This document shows, one piece after another, positions 53,802 through 63,032 of a stretch of 64,000 nt of DNA; position 1 is the stretch's first letter; each line of letters starts with the position of its first letter. The DNA is taken from assembly GCA_019058445.1 (NCBI GenBank), contig JAHPZA010000005.1, forward strand, positions 1 through 64,000. The letters are read 5' to 3'. A program made the position numbers and the translations under genes. The DNA comes from Promethearchaeota archaeon (GTDB taxonomy: Archaea; Asgardarchaeota; Lokiarchaeia; Sigyniarchaeales; SOKP01). The notes under the pieces are model-generated. The model saw nothing but the letters and a program-made list of their open reading frames with translations. It was not told where the DNA came from and searched no databases.

Positions 53802-55475
53802 TCATAATAAGGTCATCCAGTCAGGATTTATTTGATTCAAAGCTTTTTCAATTTCTTGACGCACGTCCCAATTGTCATCTCCGAGTGCATTTATAAGGGG
53901 ATTTAAAGCTTTTGTATCTCTTATTTCTCCTAGAGCCCTAACAGCGGCAATTCGAATTTTAGGATCGCTATCGTTTAACAGGGAGGTTAGTGGAGTAAGA
54001 TCTCTGAGATTTTCGAGTTTTCCAAGGGAATTTGTAGCCCTAGATTTAATATATACATCGTCATCATTAATACAAGAGATTAAGGGTTCCAATGATTCAT
54101 CAGTTCCAATTTTCGTTAGTAAATTCACTGCCTCTCGCCTTACTTTCCAATCTGAGCTAGTTAAATAGCTTTTCGCACGCTCTATAATTAATTGTCTATT
54201 TTTTGGTTGTTCAAATTTAGAAAGAGCATTAATTGCTCCCTTCCTTACACTTGATTTTTCATCACTTATAAGGGCAAAAAGAGGTTCAATATAATTCTCA
54301 TCTCTAATTGCTCCTATTATTTTGGCACAAAATTTACGAATTTGCCATTCTTTCGTATTTAATCCTTCAAGTACTAATTTATCCACTTTATTATCTGAAA
54401 CTTTTATAATCGCATTATAGGCTAAATTTCTAATTCTTGAATCTTTACTATTAAGCAAGCGTATTAAAATCTGCATCGCATCTGGATCATCTCCCGCACT
54501 TGACAGTAATTTTACCGCTTCCCTTCTCGCAACTAAATTTCTTTTTTGTAATACTTCATAAACTTGCTCGAATGATTGTGAATGGACTAATATCTTATCA
54601 AGTGCTTTAACTGTCTTTGTTCGAATCGCTTCATCTTTATCTTTTAATAATTCCATGAGAGATTGTATACTTCTTTTGCTTCCTATATTGCCCAAAACAC
54701 TTATTGCTGTCTTTCTGACGTCTTGATCTTCATCATTGAGCCTTTTTATAATATGGGATACTCTATTAGAAGGAATAATTTTTTCCAATGCCTTAATTGA
54801 ATTTTTTCTCACAATTGGATTTTTATCATTTAATAATTCGATAAGAGGATTAACTGCTTCTTTATCCCCAATTTTCCCTAGTATAACAGGTATGGCCTTT
54901 TTTATATTTAAATTATCGGAAGAAAGGAAGGGGATTATCTTCTGTATATCTGCCTTTTTTCCTGTCTTTATGATTACCTTAATTAAGATATCTTGAAGTT
55001 CTTCATTACGATATTGCAGAACCTCAATCAACGCTTCTAAAGCATCTACTACACCTTCAAGTGAAATTACGGCTGACTTTTTAACTTCAATATTCGAATC
55101 TCCTAAAGCGTATGTTAAAAATTCAATTGATCCTAATTTATCTGTTGTCCCAAGAGCTTCAATAAGTTTTTTCCTTACGTTCCAATCTTTTTCATTCATG
55201 TATTGAGTTTTTAAAAAATCAGTCCCTTCTTTTTGGTAACCTTCGGATAATAGCTTGATAAGCATAATTTTAGCATCTGAATGAGACTCATTCAAATAGA
55301 TACTTTTAATTTCTTGAAAATGAGAATTATCTTGAACGTGGATTAATTTTTCTATTGCTTTAGTTCTCCTCCCCGGTTCATTTGCGGTTACTATTATTGA
55401 CAAAAGAACTTCAGATGCTTTTTCAGCATCCATATCCTTTACCTTGTCAATAATTAAATCGTCATTAAAACTCAA
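53802..55475 (-). CDS. HEAT/PBS-lyase repeat protein
   Basis: Many ~31-aa L-x-D-x3-VR-x2-A-x2-AL repeats. Confidence 0.92.
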   Translation of the reverse strand: MSFNDDLIIDKVKDMDAEKASEVLLSIIVTANEPGRRTKAIEKLIHVQDNSHFQEIKSIYLNESHSDAKIMLIKLLSEGYQKEGTDFLKTQYMNEKDWNVRKKLIEALGTTDKLGSIEFLTYALGDSNIEVKKSAVISLEGVVDALEALIEVLQYRNEELQDILIKVIIKTGKKADIQKIIPFLSSDNLNIKKAIPVILGKIGDKEAVNPLIELLNDKNPIVRKNSIKALEKIIPSNRVSHIIKRLNDEDQDVRKTAISVLGNIGSKRSIQSLMELLKDKDEAIRTKTVKALDKILVHSQSFEQVYEVLQKRNLVARREAVKLLSSAGDDPDAMQILIRLLNSKDSRIRNLAYNAIIKVSDNKVDKLVLEGLNTKEWQIRKFCAKIIGAIRDENYIEPLFALISDEKSSVRKGAINALSKFEQPKNRQLIIERAKSYLTSSDWKVRREAVNLLTKIGTDESLEPLISCINDDDVYIKSRATNSLGKLENLRDLTPLTSLLNDSDPKIRIAAVRALGEIRDTKALNPLINALGDDNWDVRQEIEKALNQINPDWMTLL

Positions 55476-55600
55476 TAGTAAAACCTATAAATGAAAATAT
55501 TTAGTTAAACTCAATATATACTCAAGATATTTATGTATTTAGAAAAACATAATAAATTCTAAACTGCAAAAATTTTTGAAAAAACTGGGGTCGAATTGGT

Positions 55601-56230
55601 ATGCTGGGACTTTTTATCATAATTTTCATGATTCTTGTTTTAGATCATATTTTAATAATAATTTTAAGGCGTAAAGAATCTAAAAATAAAATTTTAATAT
55701 ATTTTTGCTCGATTTTGTACGCCAGCGCACTTTTTTTTATCCCCTTTTACGATCCTCTACAATTATCAGGATTTTGGGCTTCTGTAATCTTACAAAATTC
55801 AGAACCTACACTTCCTAGTTTCATTATCGGATTAATTGTAATAAACTGTGGGATATATGGGATACATATATTTTTAATTAGTGCGAATTTAATATGGGCA
55901 GAAAAGTATAGGGGAAGGTTAATTTCTACAAGTCAATTCTCAAAAAGACGTTTTCCTATCTATGTGTCATATCATCTTATTGGTTTATCTTATCTTATTT
56001 TAATGGGATCCATTATTGGAGTAATATTTTTGAGTCTGATGATAATATTCTTGTATTTTGACACCATCAAGATTGAAAAAACAGTTTTAATTCCCCGATT
56101 CAAAGAAGAATATTACAAATATCAAAAACAAGTTCCTAAAAGGATGTATTCCTCCGAACTCCTGTTTATATTGATATTAGAATATATATTATTCGTGATT
56201 GGAATTGTTTTTTCTTTTATCTCAATATAA
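55601..56230 (+). CDS. Membrane protein, ICMT/PEMT-like methyltransferase family (degenerate)
   Basis: LIST..FSKRRFPIY resembles RHPxY; EK...L..RFKEEYYKYQKQVP. Confidence 0.6.
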   Translation: MLGLFIIIFMILVLDHILIIILRRKESKNKILIYFCSILYASALFFIPFYDPLQLSGFWASVILQNSEPTLPSFIIGLIVINCGIYGIHIFLISANLIWAEKYRGRLISTSQFSKRRFPIYVSYHLIGLSYLILMGSIIGVIFLSLMIIFLYFDTIKIEKTVLIPRFKEEYYKYQKQVPKRMYSSELLFILILEYILFVIGIVFSFISI

Positions 56231-56285
56231 ATTTCTGTAATTATTATAATCTTAATATTTTCAATTATCTTATTAGTAATTTAAG

Positions 56286-56990
56286 ATGGGATTTGAAAGA
56301 TATGAATCAAGGTTTCAAGCAGGAGAAATTTTAGCAGGGGAAATTAAACGCAAAAATGAAGATCTTTATGATTTTATAATAAAAAATCCGAATCAGTTTT
56401 TTTGCTTTGCGATTCCCAATGGAGGTGTGCCTGTGGTAGAAGGGCTCTGTTCTCAGTTTAATACGGGGTATGATATGCTGATTGTGCGAAAAATCAAAAT
56501 ACCCTTTAATACTGAAGCAGGATTTGGTTCAGTTACTACTGATGGAACCGTCTTAATCAATGAGGGATTGCTAAGCCATTTAAATTTGTCAGAAATGGAA
56601 GTGTCCGATTCCATAGAATTGACTAAATCAGAAATTAGGGACCGATTAAAATTTTATGAGAAGGAGGCTAACTTAGAGCAACATTATAAACAACACATTG
56701 AAGGTAAATGTATTTTTATGGTTGATGATGGATTAGCTTCTGGTTTTACCATGCTCGCAGCTATAAAGATGGTAAAAAAATATAGTCCTAAAAAGATTTT
56801 TATAGCCGTTCCAACAAGCCCTTTAAGCTCTGTTCAAAGAGTCTCACCTTATATTGATGAATTATTCTGCCCCAATGTGAGGAATGTATGGAGATTTGCA
56901 GTAGCAGATGCATACAAACACTGGTATGATGTACCTGAATCTGAAGTATTAGAAATTATAAATACTTCGAAATATTACTTAAAAAAATAG
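56286..56990 (+). CDS. Type I phosphoribosyltransferase
   Basis: AIPNGGVPV, VRKI, PRPP loop MVDDGLASGFTM. Confidence 0.9.
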   Translation: MGFERYESRFQAGEILAGEIKRKNEDLYDFIIKNPNQFFCFAIPNGGVPVVEGLCSQFNTGYDMLIVRKIKIPFNTEAGFGSVTTDGTVLINEGLLSHLNLSEMEVSDSIELTKSEIRDRLKFYEKEANLEQHYKQHIEGKCIFMVDDGLASGFTMLAAIKMVKKYSPKKIFIAVPTSPLSSVQRVSPYIDELFCPNVRNVWRFAVADAYKHWYDVPESEVLEIINTSKYYLKK

Positions 56991-57016
56991 AGTTAAGAAA
57001 ATTTGTATAAACTAAG

Positions 57017-58186
57017 ATGAATAGAAGAGAACGGGTACAAAGAGCCTTCCATTTTAATCGCCCTGATAGAGTGCCTTTCCTTGGACTAACCGTACAATCT
57101 GATTTCTATCCTATAGAGCCAGTTTTGCCAATTGCATTTCAACCAGAAAAGTATCCTCCACATCCTAATGGCGGGGATACTACAATTAAGAATGCTGCAT
57201 ATCGAAGAGATGTTTATGATTGGAAACCAGAAATTAGAGAAAAATTAGGCTATTCTGAAAATTGGTGGGAAACTCCTCATGATAGTATTGATGAATTTGG
57301 TGTAATATGGCGGTCATCTGGAACTGAAAGTGGTGACAAAACAAAAGGGCATCCCTATAAAGGGCCCTTTCAAGATGAGGGTACAGGTGAAGGATGGGAT
57401 AATCTTGATAATTATGTATTTCCAGATGCAATGGATCCCAAACGTTATTCAAGGATACAGTCTGGAAGGTGGAAAGAAATCGCAGAAGATCGATACCTTT
57501 TAGGTGTTGTTAATATTAATGGAATGTTTAATAAGTGCAGTCAATTGCGAGGTTTTAGCGAACTTTTAATAGATTTGGTGCGAAATCGATATCCGAAAAG
57601 ATTGGATTTTTTAATTAGTTCCGTTCTCTCATTTACTTTAACTACTATCGAGAAAATGAAAGAATCTTGTAAACCTTTAGATTCTATATTTATTGCAGAT
57701 GATTTCGGAACTCAAAAATCAGCATTTGTAAGCCCAAGAATATTTAAAAAATTCTTTAAGGAACCATACAGAAAAATAGTCAGTTTAACTCATGATTTGG
57801 GTATGGACTTTCTCCTTCATTCCTGCGGTGACGTTCTAGGCCTTATCCCAGAATTTATAGATATAGGTATTGATGCTTTACAATTTGACAGCCCTCACAT
57901 GACTGGAGTTGAAAATTTTAAAAAATTTGCCCAAGAAAGAAAAATGGCATTTTGGCTGAGCTCAAACATACAAAGCACATTTATTAATGGAACGCCTCAG
58001 GATGTTGAAGAGGAAGTGAAATATTACATCAAGGATGTAGGGAATAATGAAGGAGGATTAGGAATCTGTGAATACACTGATTTTGAAGCAATAGAAGCCC
58101 CTAAAAAAAATGTCAGAGCCCAGAGAAAAGCCGTACAAAAATGGGGAAACTATAACGAAAATGGTATTATTGAGTGGTTAGTCTAA
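57017..58186 (+). CDS. URO-D family / MtaA-CmuA-like methylcobalamin methyltransferase
   Basis: RERV...PDRVP, ADDFGTQ, HSCG, GTPQDVEEEV. Confidence 0.85.
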   Translation: MNRRERVQRAFHFNRPDRVPFLGLTVQSDFYPIEPVLPIAFQPEKYPPHPNGGDTTIKNAAYRRDVYDWKPEIREKLGYSENWWETPHDSIDEFGVIWRSSGTESGDKTKGHPYKGPFQDEGTGEGWDNLDNYVFPDAMDPKRYSRIQSGRWKEIAEDRYLLGVVNINGMFNKCSQLRGFSELLIDLVRNRYPKRLDFLISSVLSFTLTTIEKMKESCKPLDSIFIADDFGTQKSAFVSPRIFKKFFKEPYRKIVSLTHDLGMDFLLHSCGDVLGLIPEFIDIGIDALQFDSPHMTGVENFKKFAQERKMAFWLSSNIQSTFINGTPQDVEEEVKYYIKDVGNNEGGLGICEYTDFEAIEAPKKNVRAQRKAVQKWGNYNENGIIEWLV

Positions 58187-58286
58187 CCTTATTTTAAAAA
58201 TGGCTTAATTACAATATTTAAGATAGCATATAATTCATTGAAAATTATAAAATCAAAAAAAAGAAAAGTAAAAAAATAGATAATGT

Positions 58287-58553
58287 TTAGGAGCTTACCA
58301 ATCGAAATAATAAGGCGCCATGAGGAATGTAGAATTCGTCTTTTCTCTTTATCACGACGGTATGAAAATACTCCGCCAGTCCGAGAAACCCTCTTATCAC
58401 ACTCTCGTCTTCTTCAAATTTAAATGTTATATTTGATATTGCCGATCCTGTATTAAAGGCGACCTTCTCATAAACACGCTCATCGATTAAGGGAATTTTT
58501 AATTCATTGACGATTTCATAAACTCGCTTAATAAATAATTCTTTTTTAGCCAT
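58287..58553 (-). CDS. Hypothetical protein
   Basis: 88-aa ORF with ATG start and plausible composition. Confidence 0.65.
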   Translation of the reverse strand: MAKKELFIKRVYEIVNELKIPLIDERVYEKVAFNTGSAISNITFKFEEDESVIRGFLGLAEYFHTVVIKRKDEFYIPHGALLFRLVSS

Positions 58554-58828
58554 TCACATCACGATCATGTTGATTGATTTATTCAGAAATTAACAATATT
58601 TGGTTATTCTTATTTCAGAAAATTTTGTTAATTGTATTTTTTGAAAATATCAATTTCTGATATTGTTAATAATAGTATAATAAAATACTTATATTTATAC
58701 TTTAATTATTCGAAGTCTTGACTTTCTGTTTAAATTTGGATAATAAAATCAAAAAAAAAATTTAAAAATAAAAACTATTGAAGTAGAAAAAACCTTTAGG
58801 ATTCTTCTTAAAATTAATATTTATAGGA

Positions 58829-59974
58829 TTAATTAATAGAAATGGGGTACTTTCCATGTTTTAAAATCACTTTAAAGATTGTTGGGATCGAAGCTAACAT
58901 GTGCATAAAGGAGGGAAAACCTTCTGATATACCCATAAGAAAGTTATCTCCAGGAGCGGCATCCTTCAACATTTCCAATGTCTTTTTCTTTACTGCCTTT
59001 TGACCTTGAAGGCATACAGGTTCAGGGAAGTTAGCCCAAATTACTTTATCTTTCCATGACTCTTTAGCTTCATTAATGGGAAGATTTCCTACAGGAGGTG
59101 CCGTGAAACTCTCAATGGCATCAATTCTTGTTTTCGCAATAAGCTCCTTTAAAGCTTTTAACTCGCCATCCATATGTACAACATATAGTTTATCATGTTT
59201 ATGGAAGATATCTGCTACTTCATTATAGAAAGGCAGACTATATTTCTCGAAAAATTTTGGACTAGTAACTAGAGAAGTAACGTTATCAGGACCCCAAATT
59301 ACTTCACAAGGGGATTCTGCTGCAATTTTATAAACCTCCAGTTCTTTTTTATAAATAATTTTGTAAAGCTCATCAAATTCCTTTTGATGCATATAATAAT
59401 CTAAAGCCAATCTTTTCGGTCCCATAAGCATAATTAATGATTGAAGAGGAGATTTTGGAACAAAGGAGGGGACAATCCCAAAATCACCGATAAACATTTG
59501 AAATTCCTCAATTTCATCATAAAAAGGGCTATATTCAGTATCCTCTATAATATATTTTAATACTTCATAATCCTCAAGAGTTTTGAGGAAATATCCATCT
59601 TCTGGAAACCAAGGAAGGTTCGCAGAAAGGTCAAGACTTTCCATTTTTGCTTTTACTGAAAGTTTCCCTCTTGGAGTACTTAAACTTCCGGTTATATCGT
59701 GAGGGGTATTAAATGCTATCATAATATCTACCGGTGACCAAGAAGTTTTATTCCCATAATGATGGTTAATATCCATCTTAGTATTTGGACAAGAAACTTT
59801 ATGTGTCTGAACTGCCAAAGCAGCATGTAATCCAAGCCCTTTGTCTAATAGTTTTCTCCATGGTTGATAAAGAGCTAATCCAGCTAAATATTTTGTTTCC
59901 ACATAGATAGTAAATGGTATCATATCGGGAGGTTCTCGTCGAAGAACTGCCATTATTCTTTCTTTTGCATTCAA
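58829..59974 (-). CDS. URO-D family methyltransferase (second copy)
   Basis: KERI...PDMIP, DNV, SPKFF, HMDG. Likely TTG start at 59974 overlaps the corrinoid gene stop (TTGA), with a GAGGTGG RBS. Confidence 0.85.
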   Translation of the reverse strand: MNAKERIMAVLRREPPDMIPFTIYVETKYLAGLALYQPWRKLLDKGLGLHAALAVQTHKVSCPNTKMDINHHYGNKTSWSPVDIMIAFNTPHDITGSLSTPRGKLSVKAKMESLDLSANLPWFPEDGYFLKTLEDYEVLKYIIEDTEYSPFYDEIEEFQMFIGDFGIVPSFVPKSPLQSLIMLMGPKRLALDYYMHQKEFDELYKIIYKKELEVYKIAAESPCEVIWGPDNVTSLVTSPKFFEKYSLPFYNEVADIFHKHDKLYVVHMDGELKALKELIAKTRIDAIESFTAPPVGNLPINEAKESWKDKVIWANFPEPVCLQGQKAVKKKTLEMLKDAAPGDNFLMGISEGFPSFMHMLASIPTIFKVILKHGKYPISIN

Positions 59975-60618
59975 CTTTTTACCCACCTCATACAAATATT
60001 AACACCATCCATCGCATTTTTCGCATAAGCATCTGCTCCGATATCCTTTATAAACTCTTCAGTGACAGGAGCGCCACCAACAATAACTTTTACTTCTTTT
60101 CTTAGATTTGCCTCTACTAAAGCTTTCATTAAATTACCAACTTCAGGTAAAGTCATAGAGACTAAAGCGGATATGGCAACTATATCTGGATTTTCAGCGC
60201 GTATAGCTTCAATAAACCTTTCTGAAGACACATCAACACCTAAATCAATGACCTCAAAACCTTCTGCTTCTAAAAAAGTTATAACCACATTCTTTCCTAT
60301 ATCGTGTAGATCTCCTTTCCCTGTTCCGATTATAACTTTGGCAAGAGCATTTTTATCACCTTTTTCTTTAATTTGAGGTTCAAGTATTTTCATTGTCTCT
60401 TTTATAATTTCACCAGCCATGATAAGTTCAGGAATGAAGAATTCTTCAGCTTCAAATTTATCACTGATAATATTTGCTGCTTTTGCGATTCCTTCTTGAA
60501 TTATCTTATATGGATGCATTCCTTTAGCAATCGCATCTTCACATACTTTCTTGGCCATTTCAATATCCATCTCGATTACCGCTTTTATATACTGACTTAT
60601 ACTATTTTCTTCTGTCAT
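59971..60618 (-). CDS. Corrinoid (B12-binding) methyltransferase protein, MtbC/MtaC-like
   Basis: Cap domain FFIPELIMAGE; DLHDIGKN (Co-ligating His), DLGVDV, VIVGGAPV. Confidence 0.95.
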   Translation of the reverse strand: MTEENSISQYIKAVIEMDIEMAKKVCEDAIAKGMHPYKIIQEGIAKAANIISDKFEAEEFFIPELIMAGEIIKETMKILEPQIKEKGDKNALAKVIIGTGKGDLHDIGKNVVITFLEAEGFEVIDLGVDVSSERFIEAIRAENPDIVAISALVSMTLPEVGNLMKALVEANLRKEVKVIVGGAPVTEEFIKDIGADAYAKNAMDGVNICMRWVKS

Positions 60619-60733
60619 TTTAATACATTTCTTAATTTCAATTAAAATTGATTTATTTTTATTTGATATTAGTTTCTCATGCTAAAATTAAAATTTTAGA
60701 TTAAATAAAAAATATAAATTTTTATATACATAC

Positions 60734-60787
60734 ACTATAATTTTAATATAGTCAGAAAATACTATAATTTTAATATAGTCAGAAAAT
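60734..60787. repeat. 27-bp tandem duplication, each unit containing an ACTATA-n7-TATAGT palindrome
   Basis: ACTATAATTTTAATATAGTCAGAAAAT at 60734-60760 and 60761-60787, in a divergent intergenic region. Confidence 0.9.
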
Positions 60788-60849
60788 ATACTAGTAAATA
60801 AATTTAGGATTAATCTATTTTTAAAAATATTAGAGGAATTGATTAAATA

Positions 60850-61623
60850 GTGGTTTCAAAGGAACAGAAGAAGTTAAATCGTGTGATGAATTTTCTAAAA
60901 AAAGGTTTATCCGGTTTAGCAGATGAGTTAGAAGGTACAATTAAAGGAATAAATGAATTCTTAGACTCCCTTCAAAAAGCTCAAAAAGATTTAAAGGGAG
61001 TCGAATCTGAAGAAGAAGTTGTTACTGTAAGCACTTCCTCTACGAAAATTGCTACTCCCAGTCCTGAGACTGCAAAAACTGCAGCTGCAAGTACGTTATT
61101 TAGTTTATTGAGCGGAACTGGAGGTGAAGCAGCTCCAGGCTCCGCACCAGTAGCAGCTGCTGCTTCAGGTGGACTTCCTAAAACGCCTTCAGGCGGTGGA
61201 CCTCCTAAAGCACCTTCAGGCGGTGGGCCTCCAAAGGCACCTCCAGGCGGTGGGCCTCCAAAGGCACCTTCAGGCGGTGGGCCTCCAAAGGCACCATCAG
61301 GCGGTGGGCCTCCAAAGGCACCATCAGGCGGTGGACCTCCAAAGGCACCATCAGGCGGTGGGCCTCCAAAGGCACCATCAAGTGGGTTACCTCCGGCTCC
61401 AAAACTTCCTCCTGCCCCTGGAACAGGCGCCCCTCCTACAGCACCAGGTGGCGTGAAACCGCCAGCTTTTGCAAAAAGAGCAGGACCTCCTGGAGCTCCA
61501 GGAGCACCCCCCGGTGGAGCAGCCCCAGCAGTAGCAGCTCAACCTGGCGGAGGTTTGAGTTCACTTAGAGATGAAATGTTGGATGAATTAAATCGTCTAA
61601 AGAAAATTATGCGTGGAGAATAA
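60850..61623 (+). CDS. Coiled-coil + Pro/Gly-rich repeat + C-terminal WH2-like helix protein (candidate actin regulator)
   Basis: N-terminal heptad helix; 7 x P[SP]GGGPPKA; LPPAPKLPPAP; C-terminal SLRDEMLDELNRLKKI. GAGGA RBS and GTG start. Confidence 0.8.
   Translation: MVSKEQKKLNRVMNFLKKGLSGLADELEGTIKGINEFLDSLQKAQKDLKGVESEEEVVTVSTSSTKIATPSPETAKTAAASTLFSLLSGTGGEAAPGSAPVAAAASGGLPKTPSGGGPPKAPSGGGPPKAPPGGGPPKAPSGGGPPKAPSGGGPPKAPSGGGPPKAPSGGGPPKAPSSGLPPAPKLPPAPGTGAPPTAPGGVKPPAFAKRAGPPGAPGAPPGGAAPAVAAQPGGGLSSLRDEMLDELNRLKKIMRGE
61186..61380 (+). repeat. In-frame 27-bp coding minisatellite, 7 copies
   Basis: CC[TA][TC]CAGGCGGTGG[GA]CCTCC[AT]AA[GA]GCA units at 61186, 61213, 61240, 61267, 61294, 61321 and 61348. 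Confidence 0.95.
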
Positions 61624-61790
61624 GAGTTTTAACAAAACATTACTTTCTTTTCCTATATCTGTTCAATTTTATTGTTACAATATATAAAGTATTTTAAATT
61701 CAATTTCTTTGTATAAAATTAAATAGAAAAATATGAATTATATAATCAAAGTACATTTTTATTTTAAATAGATTTAAGTGATTAAATTTT

Positions 61791-62909
61791 ATGGGTAATC
61801 TTACTGTTGTTTTAGATATTGGTCAATTTTCGTCTAAAGCGGGTTTCGCAGGTGAAGATTTCCCATCTCAGGTATTTTTTACCATTGTTGGTAAACCTAA
61901 ATATCATAATCTTGATGCGCAATATGGTGGAGGAGCCGAACAGGAAGTTTATGTAGGAGAGGAGATTCAATCTCTTGGACTTTATAAAATTACCTCACCA
62001 ATTAATAAAGGAAAAATAATTGATTGGAGTTATTTCGAAAAGATTTTGGACTATATTTTTTATAATTTAAGAGTTGATCATACTTTAGTAAACGTATTAT
62101 TTGCTATTCATCCATTGTTTCCTAAAAAAGATCTCCAAAAAATATTCGAATTGTTTTTAGAGCATTATCAATGTATGGGATTTTATCCTGTTTTAGACTC
62201 TTTATGTACTCTTTATTCTGGTGGATTTCAAACAGGATTAATTATAGAAATTGGAGATAGTAGTACAAGAATCGTACCTATTTATAATGGATATAAAATA
62301 GATCATGCAATTAAAATTTTAGAAATTGGTGGAAGAGCTCTTACCCGGTATATGGAAACTCTTTTAGGATCCATAGGGTTTGCTTCTGATTCATCAATAA
62401 GGAGAGAATTAGTTCGAGTTTTAAAAGAAAAAGCATGTTTTGTTTCTTTGGATTATAAGGAAGATCTGAAAAGAAGTGAAGAATATACCAAACAATATTC
62501 ATTACCCGATGGGGCGACTATTTCTTTATCCAAAGAAAGATTCATTCTTCCGGAAGCTCTATTCAATCCCTCCTTAATAAATTTAGAACATTATTCATTA
62601 CCAGAAGCAATAATGGATGTAATTGAATTATGTGATGTTGATATTAGGGCTGAATTGTTAAATAATATCTTTTTGTCAGGAGGTTCTTCTATGTTTCCAA
62701 ATCTTAAAAATAGAATATATCAGGAGCTTGAACTCTTGATGGCAAGAAAAAAAATAGACAATCAAGGTATAAAAATTATTGCCCCAAGAGAGAGAACTTT
62801 TTCGGTGTGGGTTGGAGGATCCATTTTATCGATGATCCCGGAATTTTCTGACAATTGGATCACTCGGGCGAAATATTATAAGGACGGCATTCCAGAAGAC
62901 TTTATATGA
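61791..62909 (+). CDS. Actin-family protein (divergent actin-related protein)
   Basis: VVLDIG..SKAGFAGEDFP, YVGEE, TGLIIEIGD, LKEKACFV, YSLPDG, ERFILPEALFNP, CDVDIR, LSGGSSMFP, SVWVGGSIL. Confidence 0.97.
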   Translation: MGNLTVVLDIGQFSSKAGFAGEDFPSQVFFTIVGKPKYHNLDAQYGGGAEQEVYVGEEIQSLGLYKITSPINKGKIIDWSYFEKILDYIFYNLRVDHTLVNVLFAIHPLFPKKDLQKIFELFLEHYQCMGFYPVLDSLCTLYSGGFQTGLIIEIGDSSTRIVPIYNGYKIDHAIKILEIGGRALTRYMETLLGSIGFASDSSIRRELVRVLKEKACFVSLDYKEDLKRSEEYTKQYSLPDGATISLSKERFILPEALFNPSLINLEHYSLPEAIMDVIELCDVDIRAELLNNIFLSGGSSMFPNLKNRIYQELELLMARKKIDNQGIKIIAPRERTFSVWVGGSILSMIPEFSDNWITRAKYYKDGIPEDFI

Positions 62910-63032
62910 CTTAAACTCAGTAATATTGCACTTTATTTTGAAATCAGCTATTTTTAATGAGATGATATTGGGATATCACATTTTATTAAATAAAAAATGT
63001 TGATCTTATTCTTCACTATTAATTAAATTTTT

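Noticed and set aside
53802-55475. Coat or karyopherin-like eukaryotic signature protein
   Set aside because: The short PBS-lyase-type HEAT repeats are widespread in prokaryotes, and there is no beta-propeller.
61186-61380. Collagen-like or formin FH1 call for the Pro/Gly repeat
   Set aside because: No Gly-X-Y periodicity, no long polyproline runs and no FH2 domain.
61169-61456. Alternative-frame ORFs 61169-61456 (+) and 61205-61402 (-) with repeated peptides
   Set aside because: By-products of the stop-free 27-bp repeat inside the Pro-rich gene.
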